Source: Pseudomonadales bacterium (lineage in GTDB: Bacteria; Pseudomonadota; Gammaproteobacteria; Pseudomonadales; Azotimanducaceae). From it: a DNA stretch of 64,000 nucleotides. The notes under the pieces are model-generated. The model was not told where the DNA came from, searched no databases, and saw only the letters and a list, made by a program, of their open reading frames with translations. Shown here one piece after another: positions 8,760-17,983 of this stretch. The DNA is taken from assembly GCA_038153445.1 (NCBI GenBank), contig JAYOYG010000002.1:9628-73627 (forward strand), given 5' to 3'. The position numbers and the translations under genes are program-made. Positions within the stretch are counted from its first letter, which is position 1, and each line of letters opens with the position of its first letter.

Positions 8760-9679
8760 GGCTTCAGGTCCGCCATCGCACCACCTACCACTACAGCGAG
8801 CCGGTCACCCTGGGCCATACGGAGGCGCGGTTGACGCCCCCGGACCGGGGCCGGCAGCGCCGGCTCAGCTTCGATCTGCAGGTCACCCCGGCGCCCAAGG
8901 TGCTCCATAGCCGAGAGGATGCCTTTGGAAATGCAGTGACCCGCTTCTCCGTGGAAACGCCCCACGATCAGCTCGTGGTGGAGGCCCACTCGGTGCTGGA
9001 GATCGCCCCCGCGGAGGCGGAGCTGCCCCTAGCGGGGCCGCGCAGCGTCGCCGAGATGCAGGCGGCCTTTCAGGATCCGCAAACGGAGGCGCAGCGGCTC
9101 CATCGGCTCTTTTGCCTGCCCTCGGCCTACGTGCCCCAGCTCCCCGAGCTTCGTGCATACGGCTTAGAAAGCTTCCATCCCCAGCGCGATGTAGTGGCGG
9201 CCACGCAGGAGCTCATGGAGCGTATTTACGACGATTTCCACTACGACCCCACGGCGACGGAGGTCGCGACCCCCTTGCGCGAGGTGTTCGAGGGGCGTCG
9301 CGGCGTCTGCCAGGACTTTGCCCATTGTGCTCTCGGCGTGCTCCGAGCCCTGGGCCTGCCCGCGGCCTACTGCTCGGGCTATCTGGAAACGGATCCGCCG
9401 CCGGGGGGTGAAAAGCTGGTGGGCGCTGACGCGTCCCACGCCTGGTTTGCCCTTTACGTGCCTGAGCAGGGCTGGCTGGAATTCGACCCGACGAACCGTC
9501 AACGGCCGACGGAACGCTACGTGTTTCTGGGGCAGGGCCGGGATTACGGCGATGCGGCGCCGCTCCGCGGGATTGTGCAGGGGGGTGGCCATCACGAGGT
9601 TCAGGTGAGCGTCGACGTGCACACCCAGCCGCTAACGTCATCGATGGAGGAAGGCAGCCATGACCATCAACTGGGGTAG
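8756..9679 (+). CDS. Transglutaminase-like cysteine protease family protein (Bact_transglu_N plus transglutaminase core)
   Basis: 307 aa. ATGA overlap with the upstream gene. N-terminus MRLQVRHRTTYHYSEPV is typical of the bacterial transglutaminase N domain. Cys-His-Asp triad context is intact: GVCQDFAH (Cys codon 9308-9310), ASHAWF, FDPTN. Confidence 0.85.
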   Translation: MRLQVRHRTTYHYSEPVTLGHTEARLTPPDRGRQRRLSFDLQVTPAPKVLHSREDAFGNAVTRFSVETPHDQLVVEAHSVLEIAPAEAELPLAGPRSVAEMQAAFQDPQTEAQRLHRLFCLPSAYVPQLPELRAYGLESFHPQRDVVAATQELMERIYDDFHYDPTATEVATPLREVFEGRRGVCQDFAHCALGVLRALGLPAAYCSGYLETDPPPGGEKLVGADASHAWFALYVPEQGWLEFDPTNRQRPTERYVFLGQGRDYGDAAPLRGIVQGGGHHEVQVSVDVHTQPLTSSMEEGSHDHQLG

Positions 9680-11111
9680 CTACGCCCAGCCCGGGCTTTT
9701 CGATGAGTGGGTGACGGAGAAGGGTCGTCTGCGCGCCGGCTTCGGGCGGCTGGGTAAGCGCTTTGCCACCTATTCCATGGAGGCGCTCCAGGATCGTAGC
9801 GCCAACCTTGAGCGCGCCATCAAGGAGCAGGGGGTGACCTTTACGGTCTATTCCGAGGCCCACGGATCCATTGATCGCAGCTGGCCCCTGGATTTGATGC
9901 CCCGGATCCTTCGGCGCCAGGAATGGCTCACCATTGAAGCGGGCCTAGCGCAGCGGGTGAAGGCCCTCAATTGCCTCATCGATGATCTCTATCACGATCA
10001 GCGCTGCATCAAGGATGGGGTGTTGCCGGCTTTTCTTCTGGAAAACTCCGCCAATTTTCGTCCTCAGTGCGTGGGAGTAAATCCGCCCCTTGGGGTATGG
10101 GCCCACATCTGCGGGAGCGATCTGGTTCGCCACGAAGACGGGCAGATGTACGTCCTTGAGGACAACCTCCGAGTGCCCTCGGGCGTTTCCTACATGCTGG
10201 AAAACCGCGGCGTGATGAAGCGGACCTTCCCCGAGCTCTTTGCGAACTTTGCCATCGAGCCCGTGGACGCCTATCCCTCTCAGCTTTACGACACGCTTTG
10301 CGCGCTGGCGCCGCACCGGGCCCAGCCTGAAGTGGTGGTGCTCACCCCGGGGGTCTTTAACTCCGCCTACTTTGAGCACGCGTACCTCGCGCAACAGATG
10401 GGCTGCGAGCTGGTGGAGGGGCGGGATCTGGTGGTGAACAGCCAGGATGAGGTGTTCATGCTGACCACCCGGGGGCGGGCTCGGGTGGATGTGATCTACC
10501 GCCGGATCGATGATGCCTTCCTCGATCCCGAAGCCTTTAACAAGGATTCCCTCCTTGGCGTGCCCGGGCTCATGCGCGCCTGGAAGGCCGGGAAGGTGGC
10601 GCTCGCGAATGCCCCCGGGGCGGGCGTGGCTGATGACAAAGCGGTGTATTGCTTCGTGCCGGATCTCATCCGTTACTACCTCAGCGAAGCGCCCCTGCTG
10701 CCGAATGTGCCGAGCCACATCTGTGCGCGGAAGGAGGAGCGGGAGTACGTGCTTGACCACATTCATGAGCTGGTGGTGAAGCCGGTGAACGAGTCCGGGG
10801 GCTACGGCATGCTCCTGGGCCCCCAGGCCACCCCCAAGGCGCGGGAGGCCTTCCGTAAAAAGATTCAGCGTAATCCGCGAAACTACATGGCCCAGCCCAT
10901 GTTGAATCTGTCCACCGTTCCCACCTTCCTTGGCCAGGCGGTGGAGCCGCGGCACGTGGATCTGCGTCCCTTTATCCTGTCCGGAGAGTCCGTACAGGTC
11001 ACCACGGGAGGGCTCACGCGGGTGGCCATGCGCAAGGGCTCCCTGGTGGTGAACTCTTCCCAGGGGGGCGGCAGCAAGGACACCTGGGTGATCGACGAGG
11101 GGGGACGCTGA
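9660..11111 (+). CDS. Circularly permuted ATP-grasp type 2 protein
   Basis: 483 aa. GGAGGAAGG lies upstream of the ATG, and the start overlaps the upstream stop by 20 nt. The sequence is typical of the DUF404/DUF407-type family that precedes alpha-E proteins. Confidence 0.85.
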   Translation: MTINWGSYAQPGLFDEWVTEKGRLRAGFGRLGKRFATYSMEALQDRSANLERAIKEQGVTFTVYSEAHGSIDRSWPLDLMPRILRRQEWLTIEAGLAQRVKALNCLIDDLYHDQRCIKDGVLPAFLLENSANFRPQCVGVNPPLGVWAHICGSDLVRHEDGQMYVLEDNLRVPSGVSYMLENRGVMKRTFPELFANFAIEPVDAYPSQLYDTLCALAPHRAQPEVVVLTPGVFNSAYFEHAYLAQQMGCELVEGRDLVVNSQDEVFMLTTRGRARVDVIYRRIDDAFLDPEAFNKDSLLGVPGLMRAWKAGKVALANAPGAGVADDKAVYCFVPDLIRYYLSEAPLLPNVPSHICARKEEREYVLDHIHELVVKPVNESGGYGMLLGPQATPKAREAFRKKIQRNPRNYMAQPMLNLSTVPTFLGQAVEPRHVDLRPFILSGESVQVTTGGLTRVAMRKGSLVVNSSQGGGSKDTWVIDEGGR

Positions 11112-12070
11112 TGCTCGCGCGGGTTGCGGAAAATATGTATTGGATGGCGCGCTACCTCGAGCGCGCCGAGGATCTCGCGCGTCTGATCGACGTGACGACG
11201 CACCTCCACCTCGATTTGCCCCGGGGCAGCACGCCCAGCTGGGGAACGCTGCTGACGCTTATCGGGGCAGAGGAAAGCTACCGGGAAAAGCATGGTACGG
11301 CGGAGGACGAAGGGCGAGTGCTGCGCTTTCTGCTTGGGGATAAGGACCACCCTCAGTCTCTGCGGGCCGCCATCGCTGCGGCTCGGTCGAACGCCCGGGG
11401 CTTCCGAGAAGTCTTTCCCCGGGAAGCCTGGGAAGACATTAATGGCCTCTACCACTTTAGTCAGGAGCAGCTGAAGAGCGGCCTGAGTAAGCGGGGCCGC
11501 CATACCTACCTCCGGGGAATTATCACGCGGGTGCAAACGGTGGTGGGGCGCCTCGAAGGGGCCATGAACCGCGATGAGGCTTACTACTTTATCGAACTTG
11601 GGCGCCAGCTTGAGCGCGCCGACATGACCACCCGGCTGATTGACAGCAGCAGCGCGCGCCTCGTCCCCCAGGAGGGCAGCAATGGGGCACGCTTCGACGA
11701 TTTACAGTGGATGAGTGTGCTGAAAAGCCTCACCGGGTATCAGATGTATCGCCTGGAGATGCAGCGGGCCATTCGCTCTGAGTCTGTGCTGGCGTTTCTT
11801 TTTCAGTCCTCGCGCTTTCCTCGATCCGTGGCCGGCGCCCTGCTGGCGCTTCGCCGCAGCCTCGAAGCGCTGGATCCAGAAGCCACCCTGCCTCGGCGCC
11901 TTCCCCAGGTGCTACGCCAGGTGAGCCAGCTTGAGCCCGAGGGGTTGGCTGGGGAGAAGCTTCACGCCCTGATTGATGAACTGCAGCAGGGCTTTGCGGA
12001 TATTCATGGCCAGCTCGAGCGTCGCTATTTCCGCCCCTCCCGGAGCGCGGACCCGGAAGCGGGGAGCTAG
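11111..12070 (+). CDS. Alpha-E domain protein (DUF403 family)
   Basis: 319 aa. TGATG overlap with the upstream ATP-grasp gene. N-terminal MLARVAENMYWMARYLERAEDLARL is the family signature. Confidence 0.85.
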   Translation: MLARVAENMYWMARYLERAEDLARLIDVTTHLHLDLPRGSTPSWGTLLTLIGAEESYREKHGTAEDEGRVLRFLLGDKDHPQSLRAAIAAARSNARGFREVFPREAWEDINGLYHFSQEQLKSGLSKRGRHTYLRGIITRVQTVVGRLEGAMNRDEAYYFIELGRQLERADMTTRLIDSSSARLVPQEGSNGARFDDLQWMSVLKSLTGYQMYRLEMQRAIRSESVLAFLFQSSRFPRSVAGALLALRRSLEALDPEATLPRRLPQVLRQVSQLEPEGLAGEKLHALIDELQQGFADIHGQLERRYFRPSRSADPEAGS

Positions 12071-13524
12071 CCCCGCCAAAAGCTGGGGGTGAGGAGCACC
12101 ATCACGGTCATGATCTCGAGGCGCCCGAGGAGCATGCCGAGGGTTAGAAGACCCTTGGCAGCGTCCGGCAGCGTTGAGAAATTTCCGGAGGGGCCGATGG
12201 TGCTGCCGAGCCCCGGGCCCACGTTGGCCACGGCGGTGGCCGCGCCGGAAAGGGCCGTGAGGAAGTCGAGGCCCAGGGCCGAGAGGGCGAGGGCGATGAC
12301 GCCAATGGTGGCCATGAAGAAGAAGGCAAAGCCCGTCACGGAATGAAGGACCTCCTCCGGCACCCGACGCCCGTTGAAGCGCACGGGGAAGAGCCCTCGG
12401 GGATGGACAAGGCGCTTTAGCTGGTTGGTCAGTACGGCGAAGCCCAGCTGGAGGCGGAACACCTTCATGCTGCCGCTTGTGGAGCCGGAGCAGGCGCCGA
12501 TGAAGAGGGCAAAGAAAAACAGCATCACCGCCGTTTGGCCCCAGCTGTTGTAGTCGCTAACGGCGTAGCCCGTGGTGGTCAGAATCGAAACCGTGTTGAA
12601 GAAAATCCAAAGCCAGCTGCTGTCCGCACTCGGCCCGCCGCCCACCTTTAGCAGCAGGACGAAAGCCCCGTAAAACAGGAGGACGAGCAGGAAGAAGGTG
12701 CGCACCTGCTGGTCCCGAACGAGATTCCGCAGGGCGGAGCGCACGCCTCGGAGGTAGAGGGAGAAGGGAAGCGCCGAGGCCAGCATGAAGACGCAGGCGG
12801 TCAGCAGAAGGGCCGGTTGCTTCCCGAAGGCGCCGAAGGACGCGTCGTAGTTGGCGAAGCCTCCGGTGGCGACCGTGGTCATGCCATGGCATAGGGCATC
12901 AAAAGGCGCCATGCCAAAGAGGGCGTAGGTGCCCACGCAAAGCGCGGTCATGCCCAGGTAGACGAGGCCAATGCCCCCGGCCATGCGATTGGTGCGGGGC
13001 AGGGCCTTATCGGACCAGTCCGAAGATTCGGTCTGGAAGAGGCGCATGCCCCCCACCCGGAGGAAGGGGAGGATGGCGATGCCGATGACGATGATCCCCA
13101 CCCCCCCTAACCATTGGAGCATGGCGCGCCAGAGCTTGAGGCTTCGAGGCAGGGCTTCGAGGTGGGTAATGATGGTGGATCCGGTCGTGGTGATCCCCGA
13201 GGCCGCTTCAAAAATGGCGTTCACCGCGCCCAGCTCTGGGCGCCCAAGGTAGAAGGGTAGGGCGGCAAAAAGGGCCAGGGCCGTCCAGGTGCTGGTGGTG
13301 GCCAGAAAAAGGCTTTGGGGCTTTAAGCGGAAATCCTGCCGGAGACCAGGGAGAAAGAGGATCAGCCCCGCGCCCAGGGTGATCGCTGCGGCCTGCCCCA
13401 GGGCAGCGGTGTGCCCGTCTCCGTCGAAGTAGGAGAGGAGCACGGGCGGCATCATTAGCAGCGCCAGCAGGCACAGGAGCGCTCCGCTGAGGAAGAGCGC
13501 AGGCGAATAGGGGCGTCTGGGCAA
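12067..13524 (-). CDS. trkH: Trk-type K+ uptake transporter subunit TrkH
   Basis: Polytopic membrane protein with repeated pore-loop-like segments (ITTTGSTII, TTVATGGFAN, TTTGYAV, GPGLGS). The listed ORF runs to 13794, but its first ~90 aa are non-membrane junk overlapping the divergent channel gene. I propose a TTG start at 13522-13524 preceded by GAGGG. The start is uncertain (13524-13614). Confidence 0.8.
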   Translation of the reverse strand: MPRRPYSPALFLSGALLCLLALLMMPPVLLSYFDGDGHTAALGQAAAITLGAGLILFLPGLRQDFRLKPQSLFLATTSTWTALALFAALPFYLGRPELGAVNAIFEAASGITTTGSTIITHLEALPRSLKLWRAMLQWLGGVGIIVIGIAILPFLRVGGMRLFQTESSDWSDKALPRTNRMAGGIGLVYLGMTALCVGTYALFGMAPFDALCHGMTTVATGGFANYDASFGAFGKQPALLLTACVFMLASALPFSLYLRGVRSALRNLVRDQQVRTFFLLVLLFYGAFVLLLKVGGGPSADSSWLWIFFNTVSILTTTGYAVSDYNSWGQTAVMLFFFALFIGACSGSTSGSMKVFRLQLGFAVLTNQLKRLVHPRGLFPVRFNGRRVPEEVLHSVTGFAFFFMATIGVIALALSALGLDFLTALSGAATAVANVGPGLGSTIGPSGNFSTLPDAAKGLLTLGMLLGRLEIMTVMVLLTPSFWRG

Positions 13525-13594
13525 GGCGTGACCCTCGTTTTGCTTGCCGCCGCATTGTACGCTCGCCAGAGCAGAAGGACAGGGTGGGCAAAGC

Positions 13595-14413
13595 ATGGGG
13601 GAGCGCAGCGGCATGGGCCTTCGGGCGCGCCTAGGAGAGATCATTTTCGAATCCACGGCGGGGGCGCCCCGGCATTTCGACCTGGCGCTCATGGTCGCCA
13701 TCGTGGTGTCCGTGCTCGCGGTGCTGCTGAACAGCGTGCCCTCCATCAATGCGCGCTTTGGGGAGGCGCTGCGCCTCCTCGAGTGGGCCTTCACCGTGCT
13801 CTTTACCCTGGAGTACTTCCTGCGCCTTTGGGTGACGGAGCGCCCCTGGCGCTATGCCCGGTCCTTCTACGGCATTGTGGATGCGCTGAGTGCGCTGCCG
13901 ACCTGGCTCAGCCTCTTTATTCAGGGGACGGAGTACATGATGGTGGTGCGCCTTCTTCGCGTGCTGCGCATCTTCCGCGTGCTCCGCATGGCGCGCTGGC
14001 TCGAGGAGTCGCGCCTCCTGATCTCTGCCCTCCGCGGTGCCTGGCGGAAGATCCTCGTATTCCTGCTCACCATTCTTACCCTGATCACGATCTTTGCCGC
14101 GTTGCTCTATGTCATTGAGGGTCCCGAGCACGGCTTCACAAGCATTCCCATCGCCATGTACTGGGCCATCGTCACCTTGACCACCGTGGGGTATGGGGAT
14201 CTCGTGCCGCAAACGGGCCTGGGCAAGGCCATCGCCGCCTGTGCCATGATTGCGGGCTACGCGATCATTGCCGTGCCCACGGGGATTGTGACCGTAGAGC
14301 TCAATCAGGCCCTGCGCCAGCGGGGCGGAACCCTTCGCCGCTGCGATCGCTGTGCGAGCCCCGTGGATCGCCCGGAGGCGCGCTATTGCTGGGGCTGCGG
14401 CGGCGGCCTTTAG
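13595..14413 (+). CDS. Voltage-gated (Kv-like, 6-TM) potassium channel with C-terminal zinc-ribbon tail
   Basis: S4-type arginine ladder VVRLLRVLRIFRVLRMAR. K+ selectivity filter TTVGYGD. C-terminal CDRCASPVDRPEARYCWGCGG (CxxC-N11-CxxC). The start is either ATG 13595 or ATG 13613. Confidence 0.8.
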   Translation: MGERSGMGLRARLGEIIFESTAGAPRHFDLALMVAIVVSVLAVLLNSVPSINARFGEALRLLEWAFTVLFTLEYFLRLWVTERPWRYARSFYGIVDALSALPTWLSLFIQGTEYMMVVRLLRVLRIFRVLRMARWLEESRLLISALRGAWRKILVFLLTILTLITIFAALLYVIEGPEHGFTSIPIAMYWAIVTLTTVGYGDLVPQTGLGKAIAACAMIAGYAIIAVPTGIVTVELNQALRQRGGTLRRCDRCASPVDRPEARYCWGCGGGL

Positions 14414-15288
14414 GGGGCTTCCCGCAGGAGCTGGCTTCGAAAGTTTTGCGCGGCGGGGGAGAGCGTACGTCCCTTCCGCTCGGCGAGAGCCAGCTTCCGA
14501 CTGATCCGAAGCCCGACCACGGGCACCTCCTGCACCAAATCCTGCCCCTGCACGCCTAGGCGGCTCACGAAGGCCAGGCTTTTGGTGGTGGCCACCATGC
14601 GCAGGATCGCAGGGATGGAGCGCAGCTCCATCACCACGTTGATCTCTACCCCGGCCTGGCGAAGGCTGTCATCGACAATCTGGCGGATGGCACTGCCCCC
14701 CTCGAAGCCGACGAAGTTCTCCCCGTCGATGGCTTCCAGAGGGACCCGGCCGAGGCGGGTGAGGGGATGGCCCGCAGCGGCAATGAGCACGATCTGATCG
14801 TCTAGGAGCGGCGCGATGGCGAGGCCCGTTTTCCGAATGGGGAGGGTGACCAGCCCGAGCTCAAGGCGCCCCGAGGCCACGTCTTCAGCGATATCGCTGG
14901 AGCTGCCCTCCTTCACCTGGAAATGCACGTTGGGATAGTGGGTCTGGAAGCGAGCGATTTCCCCGGGGAGGAGAAAGGAGACGGCGGTGGCGCCGCCCCC
15001 GAGGCGAATGGTGCCCCCCGTGGCGGCGGTGTGCCGGGCCACCTCTCGCTTCGCTCCCTCATAGCGTTCAATGAGCTGGCGGGCCTCGCTCACGAGGAGG
15101 CTACCCGCTTCCGTCAGGGTGGCCCCGTTGCGTCCGCGCTGGAGCAGCGTGGTTCCAAATTCGCTTTCCAGCTGCTGGAGCCGACGCGTCAGGGCTGGCT
15201 GGGTGAGCCCGAGGCGCCGGGCCGCTTCCGTGATGGCGCCGGCTTCGGCGACGGCGACGAGGCTGCGCAGATTAGCCAAATCATGCAT
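14410..15288 (-). CDS. LysR family transcriptional regulator
   Basis: 292 aa. N-terminal wHTH ITEAARRLGLTQPALTRRLQQLE followed by a LysR substrate-binding domain. Confidence 0.9.
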   Translation of the reverse strand: MHDLANLRSLVAVAEAGAITEAARRLGLTQPALTRRLQQLESEFGTTLLQRGRNGATLTEAGSLLVSEARQLIERYEGAKREVARHTAATGGTIRLGGGATAVSFLLPGEIARFQTHYPNVHFQVKEGSSSDIAEDVASGRLELGLVTLPIRKTGLAIAPLLDDQIVLIAAAGHPLTRLGRVPLEAIDGENFVGFEGGSAIRQIVDDSLRQAGVEINVVMELRSIPAILRMVATTKSLAFVSRLGVQGQDLVQEVPVVGLRISRKLALAERKGRTLSPAAQNFRSQLLREAP

Positions 15289-15382
15289 GAAAAAAACCTA
15301 TATGAAGCATAATTTATATCCATTATACGCATGCTAATTCCTTTGCTACAGTCGCGCCCTCATTAATCAGGAGGAGAGTCCC
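15289..15382. promoter_or_regulatory. Divergent LysR/acnB control region with an AT-rich dyad
   Basis: This is the only strongly AT-rich stretch I noticed in the window. It contains the perfect dyad ATAAT-N8-ATTAT at 15309-15326, which also includes a T-N11-A arrangement (T15310/A15322) of the kind LysR regulators bind. AGGAGGAG for acnB lies at about 15369-15376. Confidence 0.35.
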
Positions 15383-17980
15383 ATGCTCGAAGCGTATCGC
15401 GCCCATGTGGCAGAGCGTGCCCAGGAGGGGTTGCCCCCGAAGGCGCTGTCTGCCGAACAGGTTTCCCAGCTGGTTGAGCTCTTGAAGGCGCCCCCCGCCG
15501 GGGAAGAGGCGACGCTCCTCGAGCTGCTCACGGAGCGCGTGCCCCCGGGGGTGGACGACGCGGCCTACGTAAAGGCGGCCTTCCTGGCGGACGTCGCCAA
15601 GGGCGAAGCCAGTTCTCCGCTGATTAGCGCGGAAGAGGCGGTCCGCCTGCTCGGCACCATGCTCGGCGGCTACAACATTATGCCCCTGGTGGAGCTTCTT
15701 GATCACGACACGCTCGCCGGCAACGCGGCCGCCGAGCTCAAGAACACCCTGCTGATGTTCGACGCCTTCCACGATGTGGCCGAACGGGCGAAGAACGGCA
15801 ATGCGCACGCGGAAGGGGTGCTCAAATCCTGGGCCGAGGCCGAGTGGTTTACGCGCCGGGAGGATCTCCCGGAAACCCTCAAGATGGTGGTCTTCAAGGT
15901 CACCGGGGAAACGAACACGGACGATCTTTCGCCGGCGCAGGACGCCTGGTCCCGCCCGGACATTCCGCTCCACGCCCTGGCCATGCTGAAGAATCCTCGG
16001 GACGGCATCACCAATGCCATCGAGCAGATCAACGGCCTCAAGGAAACGGGGCTCCCCGTGGCCTACGTGGGCGATGTGGTCGGCACCGGTTCTTCCCGGA
16101 AGAGTGCCACCAACTCGGTGCTGTGGCACATGGGGAACGACATTCCCTTCGTGCCCAACAAGCGCCAGGGGGGCGTGGTGCTGGGCTCGAAGATCGCGCC
16201 CATCTTCTTTAACACCGTGGAAGACTCCGGGGCCCTCCCCATCGAGTGCCCCGTGGACCAAATGAACATGGGCGACGTTATCGTCATCAAGCCCTATGCG
16301 GGGGTGGTGGAGAATGAGGCCGGGGAAGTGATCTCCGAGTTCTCCTTGAAAACCCAGGTGCTCCTGGACGAGGTCAAGGCCGGGGGGCGCATTCCCCTGA
16401 TCATCGGCCGCAGCCTCACGGAGCGCGCTCGGGAAGCCCTGGGCCTCGGGCCGAGCGAAGCCTTCCGCCGCCCGGAAAGCCCGAAGGACAGCGGCGCCGG
16501 CTTCACCCTGGCGCAGAAAATCGTCGGCCGCGCCTGCGGCCTGGCCGAGGGGCAGGGCGTGCGCCCGGGTACCTACTGCGAGCCCCGCATGGGCACGGTG
16601 GGCTCCCAGGATACGACGGGCCCCATGACCCGGGACGAGCTCAAGGAGCTGGCCTGCCTGGGCTTCTCGGCGGACCTCGTGATGCAGAGCTTCTGCCACA
16701 CCGCGGCCTATCCCAAGCCGGTGGATATTGAAACGCAGCACACGCTCCCGGACTTCATTAAGAATCGCGGCGGCGTTTCCCTGCGCCCCGGGGACGGCAT
16801 CATCCACAGCTGGCTGAATCGCATGCTCCTCCCGGATCAGGTGGGCACCGGTGGTGACTCCCACACCCGCTTCCCCCTCGGGATTTCCTTCCCCGCTGGG
16901 TCGGGCCTCGTGGCCTTCGCAGCGGCCCTGGGGGTCATGCCCCTGGATATGCCCGAATCGGTGCTGGTGAAGTTCACCGGGGAAATGCAGCCCGGCATCA
17001 CCCTTCGGGATTTGGTGAACGCCATTCCCTACGCGGCGCTTCAGCGCGGTTTGCTGACCGTGGAGAAGAAGGGCAAGAAGAACGTCTATAACGGCCGGAT
17101 CCTGGAGATTCAGGGGCTGCCGAACCTTACCGTGGAGCAGGCCTTCGAGCTCTCCGATGCTTCTGCCGAGCGCTCCGCTGGGGGCTGCACCATCGACCTG
17201 TCGGAAGAGTCCGTGGCGGAGTACCTCCGCTCGAACGTAGTGATGCTGCGCTGGATGATTGCCAACGGCTATGGCGACGTACGCACCCTCGAGCGTCGGG
17301 CCGCGGCCATGGAAGAGTGGCTTGCGAACCCCTCTCTCTTGCGCGCCGACGAGAACGCCGAGTACGCGGAAGTGATCGAAATCAACATGTCCGAGATCAC
17401 CGAGCCCCTGTTGGCGTGCCCGAACGATCCCGACGACGTGAAGCCCCTTTCCGAGGTGGCGGGGACGGAAATCGAAGAGGTTTTCATTGGCTCCTGCATG
17501 ACCAACATTGGGCACTTCCGGGCCGCCGGCAAGCTGCTGCAGGCCTCCGGGGAAAGCATCCCGAGCCGGCTCTGGATTGCGCCGCCGACGCGCATGGACG
17601 AGCAGCAGCTCATGGAAGAAGGCTTCTACAACATCTACGCCCAGGCCGGGGCGCGCACGGAGATGCCGGGCTGCAGCCTGTGCATGGGGAACCAGGCGCG
17701 GATTCGTGCCGGCTCCACCTGCGTGTCCACCTCCACCCGGAACTTCCCGAACCGGCTGGGGCAGGGGTCGAACGTCTTCCTCGCCTCCGCGGAGCTAGCC
17801 GCGGTGGCGGCAATCCTCGGCCGTCTGCCGACGAACGAGGAGTACCAAGGCTATGCGTCGAAGATCAATTCCATGGCCCCGGAGATCTACAACTACCTGA
17901 ACTTTGATCAGGTGCCCGAGTTCTTGTCCGCGGCAGAGGAAGGTCGCTCCATCGCCAAGGAAATCGTGGTTTCCGCCTAG
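15383..17980 (+). CDS. acnB: Aconitate hydratase B / 2-methylisocitrate dehydratase
   Basis: 865 aa, full-length collinear with AcnB. N-terminus [22 protein letters not shown] closely resembles E. coli AcnB. Fe-S ligand contexts are IGSCMTN and CSLCMGNQ. Confidence 0.95.
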   Translation: MLEAYRAHVAERAQEGLPPKALSAEQVSQLVELLKAPPAGEEATLLELLTERVPPGVDDAAYVKAAFLADVAKGEASSPLISAEEAVRLLGTMLGGYNIMPLVELLDHDTLAGNAAAELKNTLLMFDAFHDVAERAKNGNAHAEGVLKSWAEAEWFTRREDLPETLKMVVFKVTGETNTDDLSPAQDAWSRPDIPLHALAMLKNPRDGITNAIEQINGLKETGLPVAYVGDVVGTGSSRKSATNSVLWHMGNDIPFVPNKRQGGVVLGSKIAPIFFNTVEDSGALPIECPVDQMNMGDVIVIKPYAGVVENEAGEVISEFSLKTQVLLDEVKAGGRIPLIIGRSLTERAREALGLGPSEAFRRPESPKDSGAGFTLAQKIVGRACGLAEGQGVRPGTYCEPRMGTVGSQDTTGPMTRDELKELACLGFSADLVMQSFCHTAAYPKPVDIETQHTLPDFIKNRGGVSLRPGDGIIHSWLNRMLLPDQVGTGGDSHTRFPLGISFPAGSGLVAFAAALGVMPLDMPESVLVKFTGEMQPGITLRDLVNAIPYAALQRGLLTVEKKGKKNVYNGRILEIQGLPNLTVEQAFELSDASAERSAGGCTIDLSEESVAEYLRSNVVMLRWMIANGYGDVRTLERRAAAMEEWLANPSLLRADENAEYAEVIEINMSEITEPLLACPNDPDDVKPLSEVAGTEIEEVFIGSCMTNIGHFRAAGKLLQASGESIPSRLWIAPPTRMDEQQLMEEGFYNIYAQAGARTEMPGCSLCMGNQARIRAGSTCVSTSTRNFPNRLGQGSNVFLASAELAAVAAILGRLPTNEEYQGYASKINSMAPEIYNYLNFDQVPEFLSAAEEGRSIAKEIVVSA

Positions 17981-17983
17981 GGC

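Noticed and set aside
15323-17515. 730-aa ORF antisense to acnB. Many other long shadow ORFs are similar, e.g. 419..1150(-), 4126..5205(+), 5251..6081(+), 7176..8006(-), 9945..10955(-), 25024..25872(-), 42386..43552(-), 43911..44756(-), 55704..56324(-), 56661..57443(-) and 59512..60204(-).
   Set aside because: They lie opposite or out of frame to genes with unmistakable family motifs. Their translations are Arg/Gly/Pro/His-rich low-complexity strings with no recognisable domains. Such open frames are expected by chance in GC-rich DNA because stop codons are AT-rich.
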